Origin: a virus
Lineage: Duplodnaviria > Caudoviricetes
Direction: 5' to 3' (one strand)
Length of the DNA stretch: 57,515 nucleotides
IMG/VR virus record: IMGVR_UViG_3300042549_001260
Coordinates: 1-57,515 of that record
The notes beneath the pieces were generated by a model. That model made no database searches, was not told the DNA's origin, and worked only from the letters and a program-made list of their open reading frames with translations. A program made the position numbers and the translations under genes. Positions 56,369 through 57,515 of this stretch are shown one piece after another (within the stretch, counting starts at the first letter, position 1; the number at the start of each line of letters is the position of its first letter).

Positions 56369-56911
56369 ATGAAACAGTTTAGTGGCCCTATTCCCGGTCA
56401 GTCCTTGACCAACCCCCCTAAGAACTACGCTTGGGAAAGACCCCCGGAGATCAATGATCCCGAAGAAGCAATCCAGATGCACCTCACCAGATTGTCTGAG
56501 CCTGAGATGCTTGGGGGTGTTCTTGACCTGCTTGAATTGGAAGACTTGGACATCCAGACCCTCGTAGTTGGTATCATGCGGGGTGCTGTGGCCAGTGGGA
56601 TACACTCTGTAGACGTAGGTCTTATTGTTGCTCCTGTCGTCCACGAATACATCAAGCAGGCTGCTAAAGCCACTGGCATTGAGGCTGAGGATGGCTTCGA
56701 GGACAAGGCTGCTAAAGAGAGACAGCGGCAGTACACTGTTTCTAAGAGAGCCAGAAAGATGTTGGCTGACATGGGTGTGAAGCCTAAAGAAGATGTAAAA
56801 GAAATCTCAATGGAAGAGCCTGCAGAGGCAGAGGGTATGGGAGCTATGGGAGAGATGCCCATGGAAGCTCCTGTTGAATCTAAAGGTCTTATGGCTCGGG
56901 GGGCAATGTAA
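56369..56911 (+). CDS. Putative internal virion protein
   Basis: PIPGQSLT..P..Y.WERPP motif; position. Confidence 0.65.
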   Translation: MKQFSGPIPGQSLTNPPKNYAWERPPEINDPEEAIQMHLTRLSEPEMLGGVLDLLELEDLDIQTLVVGIMRGAVASGIHSVDVGLIVAPVVHEYIKQAAKATGIEAEDGFEDKAAKERQRQYTVSKRARKMLADMGVKPKEDVKEISMEEPAEAEGMGAMGEMPMEAPVESKGLMARGAM

Positions 56912-57515
56912 TGGGTTTCTGGCAGGGTATTAACAGAGGCTTCGCTGCAGTGCAGGAAGAGAAGATTCGCAAGGGAGAGCGTCAAGAAGAGGTTGACCTG
57001 CGTAAAGCTGAACGTGATGAGGAACGAGCTTTCACCAGAGAAATGTACGACCTTAAGGTCAAAGAAGGTCGTCTGAACATCCTGCAAGAGCGAGAGCTTG
57101 AAAGACGTGCTGCAGTGAAAGAATCTGAAAAGGTTACTGAAGCTACCATTGCATTCCAAAAGAGACTTACGGGTGTTGACCCAGAGGTAGTAAAACTCTA
57201 TATGAGCAATCCGATGTACGCTGCAGAGGCTGAGTTTGCAATTCAGGAGGTTGAGAAGATACGCTTCGGAAAAGGTAACAAAGGTCCAATGATAGCGGGC
57301 AACCTGTTGGTTGAGATGGTCCCTCCACCCTCTTCTAGAGTCCCTTCTCCCACCATTGACATCTCAGACTTTGAAAACCTTGATGTTATGGACGACGAGA
57401 ACTATTTTGATCTGTTGGAGAGGACTGCTGTACCTACTCAGCAAAAACCTCTTATCAACCCTGAGATATACTACATCCCTGACCCCAAAGTCCTTGAAGA
57501 AGGGCGTACGCAGGT
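56911..57515 (+). CDS. 5' part of a putative internal virion protein, continuing at the window start
   Basis: ATG at 56911 (MGFWQGINRG...), open to the window end and in frame with 9-485. Confidence 0.8.
   Translation, partial: MGFWQGINRGFAAVQEEKIRKGERQEEVDLRKAERDEERAFTREMYDLKVKEGRLNILQERELERRAAVKESEKVTEATIAFQKRLTGVDPEVVKLYMSNPMYAAEAEFAIQEVEKIRFGKGNKGPMIAGNLLVEMVPPPSSRVPSPTIDISDFENLDVMDDENYFDLLERTAVPTQQKPLINPEIYYIPDPKVLEEGRTQ

Overview
The window is an essentially complete, circularly permuted dsDNA podovirus genome of about 57.4 kb; nt 1-133 repeat nt 57383-57515, an assembly overlap. Two arms diverge from a ~1.9 kb non-coding region (28090-29960, probable physical ends) and converge on a bidirectional terminator at ~4030-4055. 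The minus-strand arm carries early genes, tRNA-Arg, rIIA/rIIB, a tyrosine recombinase, ThyX, a T7-like primase-helicase, family A DNA polymerase, SSB, nucleases, class II RNR and PhoH. The plus-strand arm carries lysis genes, a cluster of small basic proteins, terminase, portal, scaffold, major capsid, tail, tail fibre and large internal virion proteins. Layout and content resemble Zobellviridae/cobavirus and HMO-2011-like phages; an alphaproteobacterial host is my inference. The best unexplained signals are: (1) one YAC/CC RNA internal-loop module occurring four times in the scaffold and capsid mRNA leaders; (2) a [MFYR]-x-x-GG-hydrophobic motif recurring ten times in three late proteins; (3) a compact H-type pseudoknot after nrdJ; (4) two promoter-plus-palindrome tracts sharing TACCTTAAGGTA; (5) a tRNA/HNH-remnant cassette with an antisense promoter; (6) candidate anti-defence proteins (Acb2/Tad1-like, stand-alone ligase Ia domain); and (7) a duplicated 55-aa early gene. 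All product calls come from motif recognition by eye; no database searches were run.
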